From positions 1,020,641 to 1,084,640 of the forward strand of contig BCIN01000005.1 of assembly GCA_039545335.1 (NCBI GenBank): 64,000 nt of DNA, written 5' to 3'. The notes under the pieces are model-generated. The model was not told the origin of the DNA. It did not search any database and saw only the letters and a list, made by a program, of their open reading frames with translations. How positions within the stretch are numbered: the stretch's first letter is position 1; each line of letters opens with the position of its first letter. Position numbers and translations under genes: made by a program. Below are positions 52,374 through 64,000 of the stretch, piece after piece. Source of the stretch: Kondoa subrosea (lineage: Eukaryota).

Positions 52374-53985
52374 TCATAGGAATAACAAAGCATGCTGCCC
52401 GAATGTCTTCCACTGCCAAGTCTGCTTGATTGTGTCTGATTCTGGTTTCCAATTAAAGAGCAACCCGGTAGCTTGTTCTGCTGGGTCAGCCAAAATTGAG
52501 TTGAGAAGAGCAGCAAGGCGAATACTAAATTGTTCAATGAGCGGCGGATGTGAACTTAGACAATTGACTGACCCAGCTTGTGCCAAAAGACCTTCAATGA
52601 GCTTGTCGTTCCTGATTCTGCCATAGTCTGTAGTAAAATATCAGCAGGTGCACAAGAGACGAGAAAGAGACTCGCAATCTGGGCCGCCAATCTCTCGCGC
52701 GGGTACTTCATGAGGATCGTAATTCTATCAAAGTGCATGAGTACACGAGTACCAGATATATGAGTCAAAGACACATACCGGTGGGAAGACATGACTGCAA
52801 GTGATGTCGTGAATTGGTTTCGCCCATTCTTCAAAGCAAGTTGCAAAAGTATCGCTCATCACGGGTGCAAGAACCTGTTGATTACTTTGAATGTTCACTC
52901 TACTTGTAGAAGGGCAAGTAAGCCAATTTGGGACGTCTTCTCTCCACCACCTATAAGAGATTCAGTGTGAGATAGAGATATGACATACTCGCACTGACTG
53001 CTCTATACCCTCTACTACTATCCATCGGATGTACGAATCATCTGGTTATCGCTTGAGATAGGCTCAGGGAAAAGGAGCACGGAAGAGTTAGCTTACAGAT
53101 ACCACCTCTGAGAGCATTCTCGATCTTGTGCGAAGGTAGAGGAGTAGTGTAATTTGTGCTGTTGAAATAAGTCCTGGCTGCACTGGATAGAGAAGACTGT
53201 ACGTACAGTTCTCGCAAGCTTCTTGCAATAATTTGTGTGTCCCAAACGCCATGCAGTGAATAAGCGCGTCTATCGAAATGCACAGGATCGCCGTTGCCTC
53301 CGCGTTCGCGCTCCATCAAGTGAAGAGGTTGATGAACCTAGTTTGTATTAGAGCTCGATTTACAAGGGAGGTGGAACAGCTTACGTCGCCAACGAAATGC
53401 ACGAGAAAGCGAAGATCAATATCGCTGTTTCCTTTTCGTCAGCTGAAAGTGCATTGTGAAGCTCAGTAGCGCTATAGACAGACTCGTACGTAGATTGGAA
53501 GCGCTGCGTATAATTCTAATGCGCAAATTGGGTGAGCCGACCAGAAAGTAGAGCGTCCTGACTTACTGCAATAGCAGTCAGAACATTTCTGTCGTTCTTA
53601 AAGTTGCCGAAAGAACAAGCATTAGGTGGATCATCTCCGCCTGGCGAAACGTAGTGCAATTGACCTATATTTCTTTCAGTACATGGGCACCTAAGATCCG
53701 CTATTCACTCTCACCGCTCCAAGGCAAGTGCATACGAACTCTGTCCGGCCATGCTGCGATTGGCGAAAGTCTGCCTTTGGTCCAGATAGGCAGAATATCC
53801 TTGAGCTTCTCTGCGGCAGAAGGGTGAAGATAGATCTGTTGCAACATGAGTACTCATGTTTGTAGGGCAAGCTGCCGACTTACCTGTGCAATAGTGGCAA
53901 CAACTTCATGACCTACTACACCCCAGGCCAAAGCAGAAGGCAGACCACAAAGGAGAACATGGATTGAGAGGAGCGAGAGCTTCAT
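52374..53985 (-). CDS. Secreted S1/P1 nuclease
   Basis: Signal peptide then WGVVGHEVVA, WPDRVR, LHY, FLVHFVG.VHQPLH, GGN, LHGVWD, RLAALLN. Confidence 0.92.
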
Positions 53986-54318
53986 TTGTATCAAGCAGAC
54001 GATGCAGCTCAGCCCTACGCAAATAGCTGTATAGATATTGCCTGATAAGGGAAGGCTGGCTATTCAGACGATTCTAGGAAGTCACTCTCAAGGCTCGTTG
54101 CTCGAATCAACAACAAAGCGCGTCATCTGTCATGAATTCGTTGACTTTGAATCCAATGGGACTTCTACAGCATAGACTGTTCCTGCAGCAATGTACAGTG
54201 CCCGTAAAGTATTATACGAAGATCGTTTGAGAATGTTCACTTTATCTCATGCGTCGAGTATTGGACATGACATATAACCCGACTCGCAGCTCTCTGATCT
54301 GCTGTTAATCAGTACAGC

Positions 54319-55863
54319 TTAGCACGAACGTCCACCAATGAGCACAGGGGGTGTCAAAATTACTTGAAAGCAGGAATCCAACGATCGCGAGGTTATTTCT
54401 ACTGACCATGTCCGCTCAATCACTTGGCTATCCAATACTTCCAGACTTCTGATATCCTCCGGCCTCATCTCCTCATCTTTTGCCAAAGTCCATCTCACTT
54501 TCAACCCAGTGGGGACCATTCTTGCCAGCTTATAGAACTCGCGCTCAACACCGAGACGCAATAACTCCGAAATCCTTTCACAATATCTGTTGGAACTACT
54601 CGCATCAAGTCCATCCTCCATAGTTCCTAGACTTTCACAATCTGATCTTTTCAGTTGACATTGGAATTCGAAATAGGCAAGGTTTGGTAAAGTTTGCCGA
54701 GAGAACAAAGCTTGGAAAGCGTCGGGGAGACCAGAAGACGACGCGTTGAAGAGTGCTTGATAAGGCAGAGAGATCATTAGACAAAATTTGACCAGGTTGG
54801 GTGCTGGAGATAGAAGAGGGAAGAGGTCTGCAACGGTAGTGGCCAGAAGCCCTAGTCCAGTATCTGACATGATTTCGAGGTCCAGATTGGCTATTTCAAT
54901 TGTAAGGTCACGCAAAGCCGGAAAAGGAATTGAAGTATTGAAAGCCGATGCGTTCAGCTGGATGCTGCCAAGACTGAGTTCAATAAGAGAAGCGAAGGAA
55001 ATCCTTGGGATTATGTCCTCTCTGAAAAGAGCCAGAGTGTCTGGGCTTGTGCGACCATAGTCAAAATTAAACGCTTCGATATTTGGGCACAACGAAAGCA
55101 GAATGGCTAGCTGCATATCGCTCCCTTGTAGAGGTGGCGAATTGAATATAGTGAGTCGACGCAGAGCAGGGGTAATGGAACCAATCGTGCGAAACCCTTG
55201 GAAGTTTAGCTGATCTGGAAAGCAGAGGACTTGCAATTTTGGGCTCTTCAGGATCGGTTCGAGCCACTCCAAGGGAACACATATACGCTCTAATCCTGAA
55301 GGCCATGGGTTGCAAGCCTGAAATGAGAAATCAGTCAAATTGTCCAAATGGAGCGCTCCGCCAAGCTGAATATGCAGGCTGCTCAAGGGAATGAGCACTT
55401 CAGCAGCTGCTGCAAACTGACTGTCCAGAGTCAATTCAAGGCTTAGATTGTGCAGGCTTGTACAATACGAGAGAGCTGCCGCAGCCGACTTGACAACGGC
55501 CAGCAAACTTCTCTCGCCATAGCGAAGCGATCTGAAAATGCCGTCAGACTCGTTTGGTGCCAACTTCAGAGATATCGTCCAGTCCACTACTTTCACCATG
55601 GTACCGTAATCAGAGTGCTTTTCGAGAGTCTTGGCCAATTGAGGGTGCAAGAGCTGGGTCGGCAAGATCTTTCGATAGAGTCTTGGAAGAACAAGAGAAT
55701 GAAAAGACTCTAGACTCGCACTATAAGGCCAAGCTCTCCCAAACAAGTCAAGAAACAGACTTGAACACAGCGACAGAACGCTCCAGTCCTTTGCATTCGC
55801 GCCTTCGACACTTGAATACAAATCGAACACCTCTTCTAGCAATTCCACAGGCAGCGGAGCCAT
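54319..55863 (-). CDS. F-box-like / RNI-LRR-like protein (paralogue A1)
   Basis: MAPLPVELLEEVFD...LSLCS(K)SFHSLVLPRLY; Leu-rich LxxLxL repeats; the 514-aa ORF probably includes an in-frame 51-nt intron. Confidence 0.75.
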   Translation of the reverse strand: MAPLPVELLEEVFDLYSSVEGANAKDWSVLSLCSSLFLDLFGRAWPYSASLESFHSLVLPRLYRKILPTQLLHPQLAKTLEKHSDYGTMVKVVDWTISLKLAPNESDGIFRSLRYGERSLLAVVKSAAAALSYCTSLHNLSLELTLDSQFAAAAEVLIPLSSLHIQLGGALHLDNLTDFSFQACNPWPSGLERICVPLEWLEPILKSPKLQVLCFPDQLNFQGFRTIGSITPALRRLTIFNSPPLQGSDMQLAILLSLCPNIEAFNFDYGRTSPDTLALFREDIIPRISFASLIELSLGSIQLNASAFNTSIPFPALRDLTIEIANLDLEIMSDTGLGLLATTVADLFPLLSPAPNLVKFCLMISLPYQALFNASSSGLPDAFQALFSRQTLPNLAYFEFQCQLKRSDCESLGTMEDGLDASSSNRYCERISELLRLGVEREFYKLARMVPTGLKVRWTLAKDEEMRPEDIRSLEVLDSQVIERTWSVEITSRSLDSCFQVILTPPVLIGGRSC

Positions 55864-56320
55864 TGTTCCGGCAAGTCCAAGCTCAAAAGTTCATACAAAC
55901 CAGTCCGAGCTTGACTGCTGAAGGAGACCAGATCACTGGCAAAAGCTGGGGTACACTCGTCAATATCTTGGAGAGCAGCTATACGAGGGCTTCCAAAGTA
56001 GCTCAAGAGCTCGTTCGGGACCGAGAAAGCAAAATACAATCCTTGATGCGAGACGTCGAGCTCGCGCTTCGGATTGACACAAGGATAGGCTAGACACTGT
56101 AAGAGGCTTTGCAGCAGCTTTCGAGCATTAACAAGTGCATACAGCGACCTAAGAAGACTCAATCTGCCTTGCATTTTGCGGGTCTCTCAAGCTGTTTCTG
56201 GGTTATACTACAATGTCAAGCCTACCTTATGAATTGCTGGATGAGATCTTTGGTCATTATTAGAGGATAGAAGGTGTATGCTCGTCGTATTTTGCTGTGC
56301 TTTCACTTTGTTCCAGTCAG
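55560..56320. repeat. Inverted segmental duplication, arm 1 (partner about 63230-64000+)
   Basis: Reverse complement aligns by eye with 63230-63985, e.g. gagcttggccttatagtgcgagtctagagtc and aagactctcgaaaagcactctgattacgg. Confidence 0.9.
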
Positions 56321-57753
56321 CTCTCTTTCGCTTTAAATAAGGTTTCGGTATTTAGATTCGACGCAGGTCTATTCCAATCGATTTGGTCTGTCAAGACTAT
56401 ACAAGAACATTAGCGCTACTCACCTCGAAAGTCGAAAGCTGAAAGACATCTTACATCTCAAGCCAAAGTTGGGGGAACTGGTTCGCGAAGTTCATTGGCC
56501 GCTACAAATTGAAGTTGAAGAGGTGGAGGACACGGTGTACTACTCGCCGCAAGCTGTACTTACGCAAGTAACGAATCAAATCGAGGTCTTACTACTCTGT
56601 CCGGACATACACACGTTGCAAATGTCTCTCGCCGGGATCCGGAGTAGTGTACATCCAGATGATGCAAGAGATGTGCATTTCTTCGATTCTTTACCTGCGA
56701 CTCTATACACAAAACTCTATTTCCTGGCTCAGCTGAAATCATTGTCATGATCATGCAACTGGATACAAGACGCTGAACTGGATTCCTATACTGTTCCTAC
56801 AATGCTCCAAATACAGTTATGGCAAATCTTGAGAAGAGTCGTTGTTGGTGGTACTCTGCACACTCGAATTACCCGGTCTACACACCTGCTTCAATTTCGC
56901 TCACCAATCAGACGAATGTCTGCAGCCTCATCTTTGGCTGGCTCTGAAAAGATTTGTGGTATTATGTCCTTCGCCGGTTTTGGACAGCGATAAAGCTCTT
57001 GGTCAAATGCTCCGCAGATGCGTCAACATCAAACATTTTACTTACAGCCATGGTCATGACTGTTTGGAAACTGTACTCTACATCTTCGAAAGGGTCCTGA
57101 ACTATGAGCCTCTTTCTCACGTGAGAAGTTTGGAATTCCATGCCCTCAGCTCACATTTCGATTCCTCCACGACGAGAGTCAAACATGCCTTCTCTGCTCT
57201 CTTCCCGGTTTGCGAAAGACTCGTACTACAATTTGTAGATGTTGGCGATTCCAACAGAGCCAGAACCTTTCAAAACCATCTAGACGCCATATTCCCTGCG
57301 CAACAGACCTGCCAGCATCTGAAATCCATGACATTTTTCTGCCTCCTACAGTACGCCCAAATATTCAGTCAAATTAGCTGCAGTGAGATCTGTTCGATCT
57401 TCTTCTCCCGCCACACTTTCCCTCAACTTTCTTAACTCCTACTCGAGTGCGAAATCGGGAATCTGGCAGATGTAGCGAATATCTTGGATATAGATGATAC
57501 GCACGATATGCAAGAATTGTCGTCGAACAGAGCGGTAGAGGCTGCATTGATTGCGGATTATATGCGATGCTGCAATTTGGCTCCAGCGGGTCTGCAGATA
57601 AAGTGGAGTTACACTTCAGACCGGAGGTTACCCTTTCCATTAAAGAGCATCAGTCGAGAAGACGATGAGGCAATAATATTGGAGAGAAGGGACAATGAAA
57701 GGTTGAAATGTGTCCTGAAAGATAACAGAATTTGCGCTGTATCAGACAAGTAA
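56213..57753 (+). pseudogene. F-box-like paralogue B1, pseudogene
   Basis: MSSLPYELLDEIFGHY*RIEGVCSSYFAVLSLCS with in-frame TAG at 56261; frameshift near 56383; TGA 56748; in-frame TAA 57433; C-terminus (LAPAGLQIKWS) matches A1 (MVPTGLKVRWT). Confidence 0.75.
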
Positions 57754-57874
57754 GATTCCGCTATATTTCTGACAACTTTGGCGCGTCGGGAGTAGGCATC
57801 AGGAGCGTTGACACCTGTACATTACTGCTTTCGGTATATGATGTTATTGGATGATGCATATGTACATAGATTAG

Positions 57875-60494
57875 CTATGATCCCTGTCTAACATTAGGTT
57901 CACCTAGACGCTCTCTAAAGCTAGGGAAATCTGTCATTGCTGGTCTTTCCCTTAACGGAGTAACCTTTTCGTCTCGATCACTCTCACTTGCGTCTGTACT
58001 CATCCAGCGATCGCTCGGCATTCTTTTCAGCCTGGAGGAAGCAGGATGTAGATTCTCGTCCTGTATCGATTTGGTAGGAGAAAGAGGTTCCCGAACTCTC
58101 CTTCTCTTGTTATTCGATGTACGATGAATCGGTAGAGGCGGAACCAAGAAAGTATCGTCATCCGCTGTTGTTTCTAGTCTCGGTGGGGGTGTTTGACTTC
58201 GGACAAGGGGAGGTGCAGAATTCGTTCGAACGCGCTCTGGGAACAGCGGAGGTGATCTTATATAAGGTCGAGCGATCTTCTTCGAATTTTGCCTTGTTAT
58301 GTCTCTCGATCTTATTGGCTTGTCTTTCTCATTGCGACGAGGTGATCTTGCTCGAGGTCGGATTGGCTGAGGATCAAGTATTTGGAATAAAGGAGCAGAA
58401 GAAGAGCGAGTAAAGGCGAATGCTAATGCCAAGGCAAAGAGAAAGACGAATTGAGCTATACCCAGTCGGCGTTCAAAAACGATCTGCCAGAGCATGTCAG
58501 TATTGTATGATCGGAATACAGGAAAGCATACCTCTGCGGCCAGCATATTCACTTGCGTTGACATCGTCAGACGTTCTTCTTCCACTTTGGATCTATGAAA
58601 CTCAAACTCCATTGCCAATTTGCGCAGCATAGCTTCACTTTTGATTTGCTGTAAGCAGAGGACAGTAAGTCAAGATCTACCAGAAATACACGGCTTATAC
58701 TGACAGCAGCTTCCACATCGCCCAATTTGGCTTCCAATCGACCGAATAAACGCTGGAAGAATTTGGCTTGCTCCTCAATGTACTTCAGCGTCAACGAAGA
58801 GTCTCTTTCGAGATTGGTGATTCGCTTTGCTATTGCACCATAAACTGATTCACCGCCTATTGCATGCGTAGGTTGTTGTCTGGTTTCGTTTCGCCGAGCA
58901 ATAGAAGAAGCCGCGGATTGTATCGGCTGGGTAGAGGAGGATACTGAAGGCGTAGACTCAACTGATAAGCGAGACGGAATTGAGTCTTGTGACAATGAAG
59001 AGGTTGTATCGTTGTTGCGAGAGAAAGAGGATGAAAGCACAGGCGCAGTTGGCTGCACAAGTCCTTCTGTTGAGATGACAGAAGCGACACTGTTCGCATT
59101 CGAATCGAGAGAGACAGCAGAGATAGTAGGAGAAGAAGTAGATGGGAAATCCATCGCCCTTGAGGTTGAGGTAGAGATATTATGTGTCGGCAGCTGAATA
59201 GCAGGCATACTCAAAGTAGTTGTTGGCTCGTCTTTTGCTGCTTCATGTGTAGCCGTCTTCTCTTCTTCCATTTTTGTCTTCGTTGGCACCTCGCTCAAGG
59301 AAATTTCGACTCTTACTTCCTCTTCCTCCTCATCCATATCCGTCATCAACGCAGCTTGAGCTAAGCGCGCAGCTTCCTCATCTCTAAAAACTTCAAGCTG
59401 ACTTCTGCCGTATACTCGTAACAGGCTGACGGGACAGAAGTGTTCACTTCCATAGTGGGAGAGGAATTCGACTCGAAGATATTTGAAGAACCTTGATGTC
59501 TCTTTCGGCGGTAATCTGAAAGCCTGTCGACACCACATCGCTTTCAGCACCCCAATAAGCGCAAAACAATGAATCAGCCGACCTGAGGTGCTCTAACATT
59601 GCCAGCTCGAAACAATCCTAATTCACTCCAATCTCCTTCTGTACCTGGATAACTCCCACTACCAAGTACTCTGACGACTTTAAACATTGAAGAAAAGAAT
59701 TCCCAATTTGCCAAAACGATGGAATCCACATCTATTTCTTCGCATAATTCCATAATGACCCATTTCTCTTTAGCTGAACAAGGTGTAAGCATATATCTAT
59801 CTTTAGCGTGGTGCAAGATTGATGAAGCTCCTTTTGAGTATTTGGAAGATTTGAGGACTGAAGCGGAACAATCTACGCCTGCGTAATTCGTTCGACTGGA
59901 TAATTGTAGTAGTGGATCATCAGGTAAAGAAGTGCCGCTGTATGGTAATGGATGAATGTAATGAATTGGTGAAGCGAGAGCTTGTACTTCTTCCTCTGCT
60001 GTGACTTCCGTTTGAATTGATGGTACTGGCTGAACGAAAGTAGAATTAAGTGTTTTGTTCGCTAAAGGAAAAGAAGGTCTTTTGTGATTAGGTGTAGGAG
60101 TAGACCAAAGTTGCTCTTGTCTTTCTTTCCAAGCCGCGAAGGAAAGGAATGGCAGATCTTCTGCAACAGCTGTTGTCACGGGCAAGGGAGTAGCCGTTTG
60201 ACTGCTTGGTTGCACTACATCTGAGGTAGAAGATACTTGCTCTGTAATACTGCTTGACACTGGAGGCTCTATTGAACTAGATGTCGCAGAGGAAGTGGGA
60301 GACTGTACTTCGATGGGTTCTGTCTTGCTCGCTATCGATGGCAATGGAAGAGGATCTTGATAAATGGCAGCACAAGTAGGTGAAGTAGGCCATTGCAGCT
60401 TCAAAGGTTGCACAGCAGACACAGAGCAGATCTCTTCCGTTCGAACGCAATGCAAGAAGGCCAACACTCCGATCAAGCAGATCCACTTTGACAT
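57875..60494 (-). CDS. SLP1: Mid-SUN domain ER membrane protein (Slp1/SUCO-like)
   Basis: Signal peptide; RTNYAGVDCSASV, DRYMLTPC, ELCEEI, LANWEFFSS, HYGSEHFCPVSLLRVYG, ESVY...LE coiled coil and C-terminal TM. Confidence 0.9.
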
Positions 60495-60613
60495 ATCTCA
60501 ATTCAGGGTAATCATCAGTAGCCTGGTATACGCCAAGACAAGCCACAAGCTGCTTCAGGGTCGCTGCAGCAGGACAAAACAATTGTTTCATTTTCGAACA
60601 ACGGTGTGCAACT

Positions 60614-61058
60614 ATGGCTGGACCACTAAGGAAAGCTCTGCCGCAGCTAAGAGAAGTCCGATTACTCTTCTGTCAAACCAGTGAACCATCGCAAGGCGTT
60701 CGGTGAGTTCCTTCATTGTTGTATGCAAGAACATTTCGCTAAGTGTTCTGAATCAAGGGCATTTGTCAAATCAGTCTATCCTGCTCTCAAAGATGTCCGT
60801 CTAGCTTCAGATTTGCTCAATTGAGCTGCTTTTTGAATGGTTTGCACGGACAGGCCAACCCAGATTTACCAGTAATGATCAGAGAAGCACAAGGGACACC
60901 GCCGAGAGCTTTCGTACGATTTGGTGAGAGGCTCATTCTTTCGTTTGCAGCTGTTCTCATGAGGTGAGACAGACAAAGGAGTGGAAAAGCAAGTGGATTT
61001 GAGGGATGCGACAGATGCTGCCGAAGTGGAACGAAGGATTGCAAACCTGTTGCAGTGA
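60614..61058 (+). CDS. NDUFA2: NADH:ubiquinone oxidoreductase subunit NDUFA2 (B8/NI8M)
   Basis: Four exons give MAGPLRKALPQLREVRLLFCQTSEPSQGVRAFVKSVYPALKDANPDLPVMIREAQGTPPRAFVRFDKGVEKQVDL...LLQ*. Confidence 0.9.
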
Positions 61059-61130
61059 TAAGATGGAACCAGAACGGAGCGGATGGTACAAGGTGTAATA
61101 TTACAATGCAAGATAATACTTGCGCATACA

Positions 61131-62391
61131 TTAGCGAATCTTCTTCTCAGCAATACAGTTTCGCTGTGCCCAGAAAAATGAGCGATCTCGATGTAAAACC
61201 AAAAGAGAGGACATACACAATACCATTTGGTATTGCCCTGTCATCGAATGAGAAAATAGCTACGCAATTAACTGGAGACCAGCTCACTTTTGGCATTGCG
61301 GGCAATCCAGTACATTGGAAGTGAAACCATTCTTGAGGACAGTCTAATCCTCTTGTCAGACTTAGAGAACATAAATGGCCGTTGAGACGAACCTTCATTA
61401 TCGCAACCAATCATCTGTTCTAGATCAGCCCCATGTAGATCCCAAAAGCTGCAAACTAACCTCTCCGTATGACACTTGATTGCAGTAGCAATATCTGTAG
61501 CCCGGTAAACATCATGTCATGTACTGAAAAGCGAAGCCGCCAACCTAGGTTCATCAGGCAAAACCATGCTCAAGTCAATCTTTGGTGCTTCACCCCTTGT
61601 AGCTTGAGTTCCCTTCTTTCTCTTTCCTTTCTTGGCCAATCCATCAACAGCAGCACCATTTGTAAGAGAAGGTGCTTCAGCGCTGGCCATAGTTCCTTCC
61701 CGAATACCTAAAGCGATGGCATCATCCATTTTCCTTGAATCGCCATCCAGACGGACGATATGTCTGTCCACTAAGTTGTAACAAGTAGTTGCAAGACCCA
61801 ATTTATCTACGTTGGTCTGAACTAAGAGTTTTAATTGAGCAGAGATTTTCAGCCGATCTGCTCTAGTTGCTGTAGGTAAAGAAGAGCGATAAGATTCAAG
61901 AAGACCTTCAAGTGTTGATCGTTGTTCTGCAATTAGATTAAGTAAGGGCTCAGATGAAATAGCTCGAACGTAGGATACCTCTTTCTAATTTCTCTTGCTC
62001 GTGCAAAAGCGTATAATTCCTTTGTAATTCAATAGGCAATTGATCCACAACTATCGCAGGATCATTACGACGCCCTTCACGCACGAGACAAGAACTCACT
62101 ATCAAAGTAATCTTCCGCAAACAAGCGAAAGTGTTTCTCTTCTTCTTCTAAAGCAGCAGCTCGTGCTTCCATATCAACCTCACCAGGAGCATCTTCATCT
62201 TCATCTACCACTGCTGAGGGCTCTGCAGGTCCATTTTCTAACTCTTGCAATTCATTGTTATCTTTCTCTACTTCTTGTCCTGGCTCTGGCTGTTCCTCTT
62301 CTTGCTCCCCTATCTCTGAAAGCTCCTCAACCTCCTCAATCTCTTCTACTTCAGCTTCAGGTGTCACTTTCCTACGTTTCCGAGGCGGCAT
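61131..62391 (-). CDS. ING-family PHD-finger chromatin protein (Yng2/Pho23-like)
   Basis: MPPRKRRK NLS and acidic tract, LPIELQRNY, YNLVDRHIVRLD, PHD EPR|YCYCNQVSYG|EMIGCDNE|DCPQEWFHFQC...WYC|RNC. Confidence 0.9.
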
Positions 62392-62438
62392 CGCTGTTCC
62401 AGGAAAACAAAATAACGCTTGATCTCGCTCGAGCAAGA

Positions 62439-63123
62439 ATGCAGGTCACGAGAATTCTAAGTCAAGTTATCAGGTCTTCTTCTGCACCAGTCTCGAGGGT
62501 TGTAACAACAGCAAGAAGGTGTCCGCCCAGGCTTACACCGCTGTTATCGAGGGAATTGCACCATTCGTTTGTTCGATGGCAGCAGCATACAATCAGGTTA
62601 GCTCGCCCCCTTTGCGTACAGGCAGATCAAACTGACAGATTTGTTACACAGTGATCTCGAGATCAGCCAATATCATCTCGTTGCGGACAACACGATGGAA
62701 AGCATGACTGAATATTTCGAAGAATTGATAGAAGATATAGGTGACGATGTTAGAGGATCAGATGTAGAATACTCTGTGCGTCTATTCTTCAATTTAAAAA
62801 AAGGTAGCTCACTCAACTGATGATGCTTGAGCTTTGCAAGTCTGGAGTACTTACACTTCGGATTGGAGATGATACTTATGTCGTCAACAAACAACCTCCG
62901 AATAAGCAAATCTGGTTATCTTCTCCTAAATCGTGAGTGAGCTTCGTTTCAGATCTGGTCATAGGCTAAAACTGTCGGAAGGGGACCAAAACGATATGAC
63001 TATGATGAATCTACAAAGCAATGGTTTTATGCTAGAGACAACAGCACACTCAAGCAGCTATTGGATACAGAGTTGAAGGAGCTGATACATAGGGAGATTG
63101 ATGTCGATGTGGGAAATGCTTGA
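62439..63123 (+). CDS. YFH1: Mitochondrial frataxin
   Basis: Presequence; [41 protein letters not shown] 63121-63123. Confidence 0.93.
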
Positions 63124-63227
63124 GCTTGAAGTGAATGGATCAAACTACACTTGGGCCATTTGCGCATCGGCCTTTGCCAAGTCTCAAGTATAGCAAAGGA
63201 ATGCAAAGAAAGCAGAAAGGTCTCAAA

Positions 63228-63337
63228 AGTTGACTGGAACAAAGTGAAAACACGGCAAAATCCGACGAGCATACACCTTCTATCCTTTCACGAAGACCAA
63301 AGATCTCATCCAGCAAGTCATAAGGCAGGCTTAACAT
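63228..63337 (-). pseudogene. Truncated F-box-like paralogue B2 (first exon only)
   Basis: MLSLPYDLLDEIFGLRERIEGVCSSDFAVFSLCS matches B1 exon 1; homology stops just after the donor site, about 100 bp from the frataxin stop. Confidence 0.7.
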
Positions 63338-64000
63338 TGTACTATAAGCCAGAAACAGCTTCAGAGACCCCAAAATTTCAGGCAGATTGAGAGCTTCTGG
63401 GGCGCTGTATGCTGAGCTGCCGCATACCCTCCTCCTGTAAGGTCTAGCGTATCCTGGTGTTAATCTAAAGCGCGAGCTCGACGTCTCGAATCAAGGATTG
63501 TATTTTGCTTCTTGGTCCCAGACGAGCTCTTCAGCTACTTTGGAAGCCGTCATATAGCTGCTCTCCAAAGTATACACGAGTATACGCAAGTACTTGCTGG
63601 TGATCTGGTCTCCTTCAGCAGCAGCCGAGCTCGGACTGGCTTGCGTCGACTTTTGAGCTTGGATTCGGCGGAACAATGGTTTCACTGCCCGTCGACCTTC
63701 TGGTGGAGGTGTTTGATCTGTATTCAAGTGTCGAAGGCGTGAATGCAAAGGATTGGAGCGTTCTGTCGCTTTGCTCAAGTTTGTGTTTTCCCCATGTTAC
63801 ATTTGGGCGAGCTTGGCCTTATAGTGCGAGTCTAGAGTCCTTTCACTCTCTTGTTCTTCCAAGACTCTATCGCAAGATCTTACCAACCCAGCTGTTGCAT
63901 CCTCAATTGGCAAAGACTCTCGAAAAGCACTCTGATTACGGGACTATGGTAAAAGAAATCAACTGGACAATTTCGTTGAAGTGGTCGGCGAACCCTTATG
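63230..64000. repeat. Inverted segmental duplication, arm 2 (extends beyond window)
   Basis: Reverse-complement homologue of about 55560-56320, including the intergenic spacer. Confidence 0.9.
63676..64000 (+). CDS. F-box-like paralogue A2 (3' end outside window)
   Basis: MVSLPVDLLVEVFDLYSSVEGVNAKDWSVLSLCS|KSFHSLVLPRLYRKILPTQLLHPQLAKTLEKHSDYGTMVK; exon 2 differences from A1 are mostly synonymous. Confidence 0.8.
   Translation, partial: MVSLPVDLLVEVFDLYSSVEGVNAKDWSVLSLCSSLCFPHVTFGRAWPYSASLESFHSLVLPRLYRKILPTQLLHPQLAKTLEKHSDYGTMVKEINWTISLKWSANPY

Noticed and set aside
55554..56093. 179-aa + strand ORF with a similar 95-aa ORF at 63491-63778
   Set aside because: Antisense to the F-box genes; the similarity comes from the segmental duplication, and the substitutions are synonymous in the F-box frame.
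517..63123. Ferredoxin and frataxin as an Fe-S cluster assembly gene cluster
   Set aside because: They are more than 60 kb apart with unrelated genes between them; treated as coincidental.
55560..64000. Inverted repeats as transposon terminal inverted repeats
   Set aside because: The arms are diverged host-type genes and the enclosed DNA is housekeeping genes; no transposase was seen and the distal end lies outside the window.

Overview
Eukaryotic, gene-dense fungal DNA with many short (about 45-60 nt) spliceosomal introns, most likely a basidiomycete; Pucciniomycotina-like is an inference from gene content only. The ORF track fragments nearly every gene, so models were spliced by eye and the spans include introns. 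Housekeeping genes: LSM6 (partial), mitochondrial ferredoxin, P4-ATPase flippase, mitoribosomal mL54, SUN-domain Slp1, complex I subunit NDUFA2 (absent from the ORF track), an ING/PHD protein and frataxin. Notable accessory content: (1) a large secreted PIG-L/LmbE-type deacetylase with seven tandem discoidin/CBM-like modules, head-to-head with a small secreted Cys-rich protein; (2) a secreted TolB-propeller/amidohydrolase; (3) a co-oriented putative catabolic cluster (Zn-ADH, beta-hydroxyacid dehydrogenase, CMD/AhpD, C2H2 fungal transcription factor, MBL-fold lactonase-like hydrolase), with an identical 14-bp motif upstream of two members; (4) a head-to-head pair of F-box-like paralogues duplicated as an inverted repeat around four conserved genes, with one paralogue decayed in both copies; (5) an island of orphan and decayed genes at about 29-36 kb. 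No rRNA, tRNA, CRISPR or recognisable transposon was seen. No database searches were run; family calls rest on recognised motifs.
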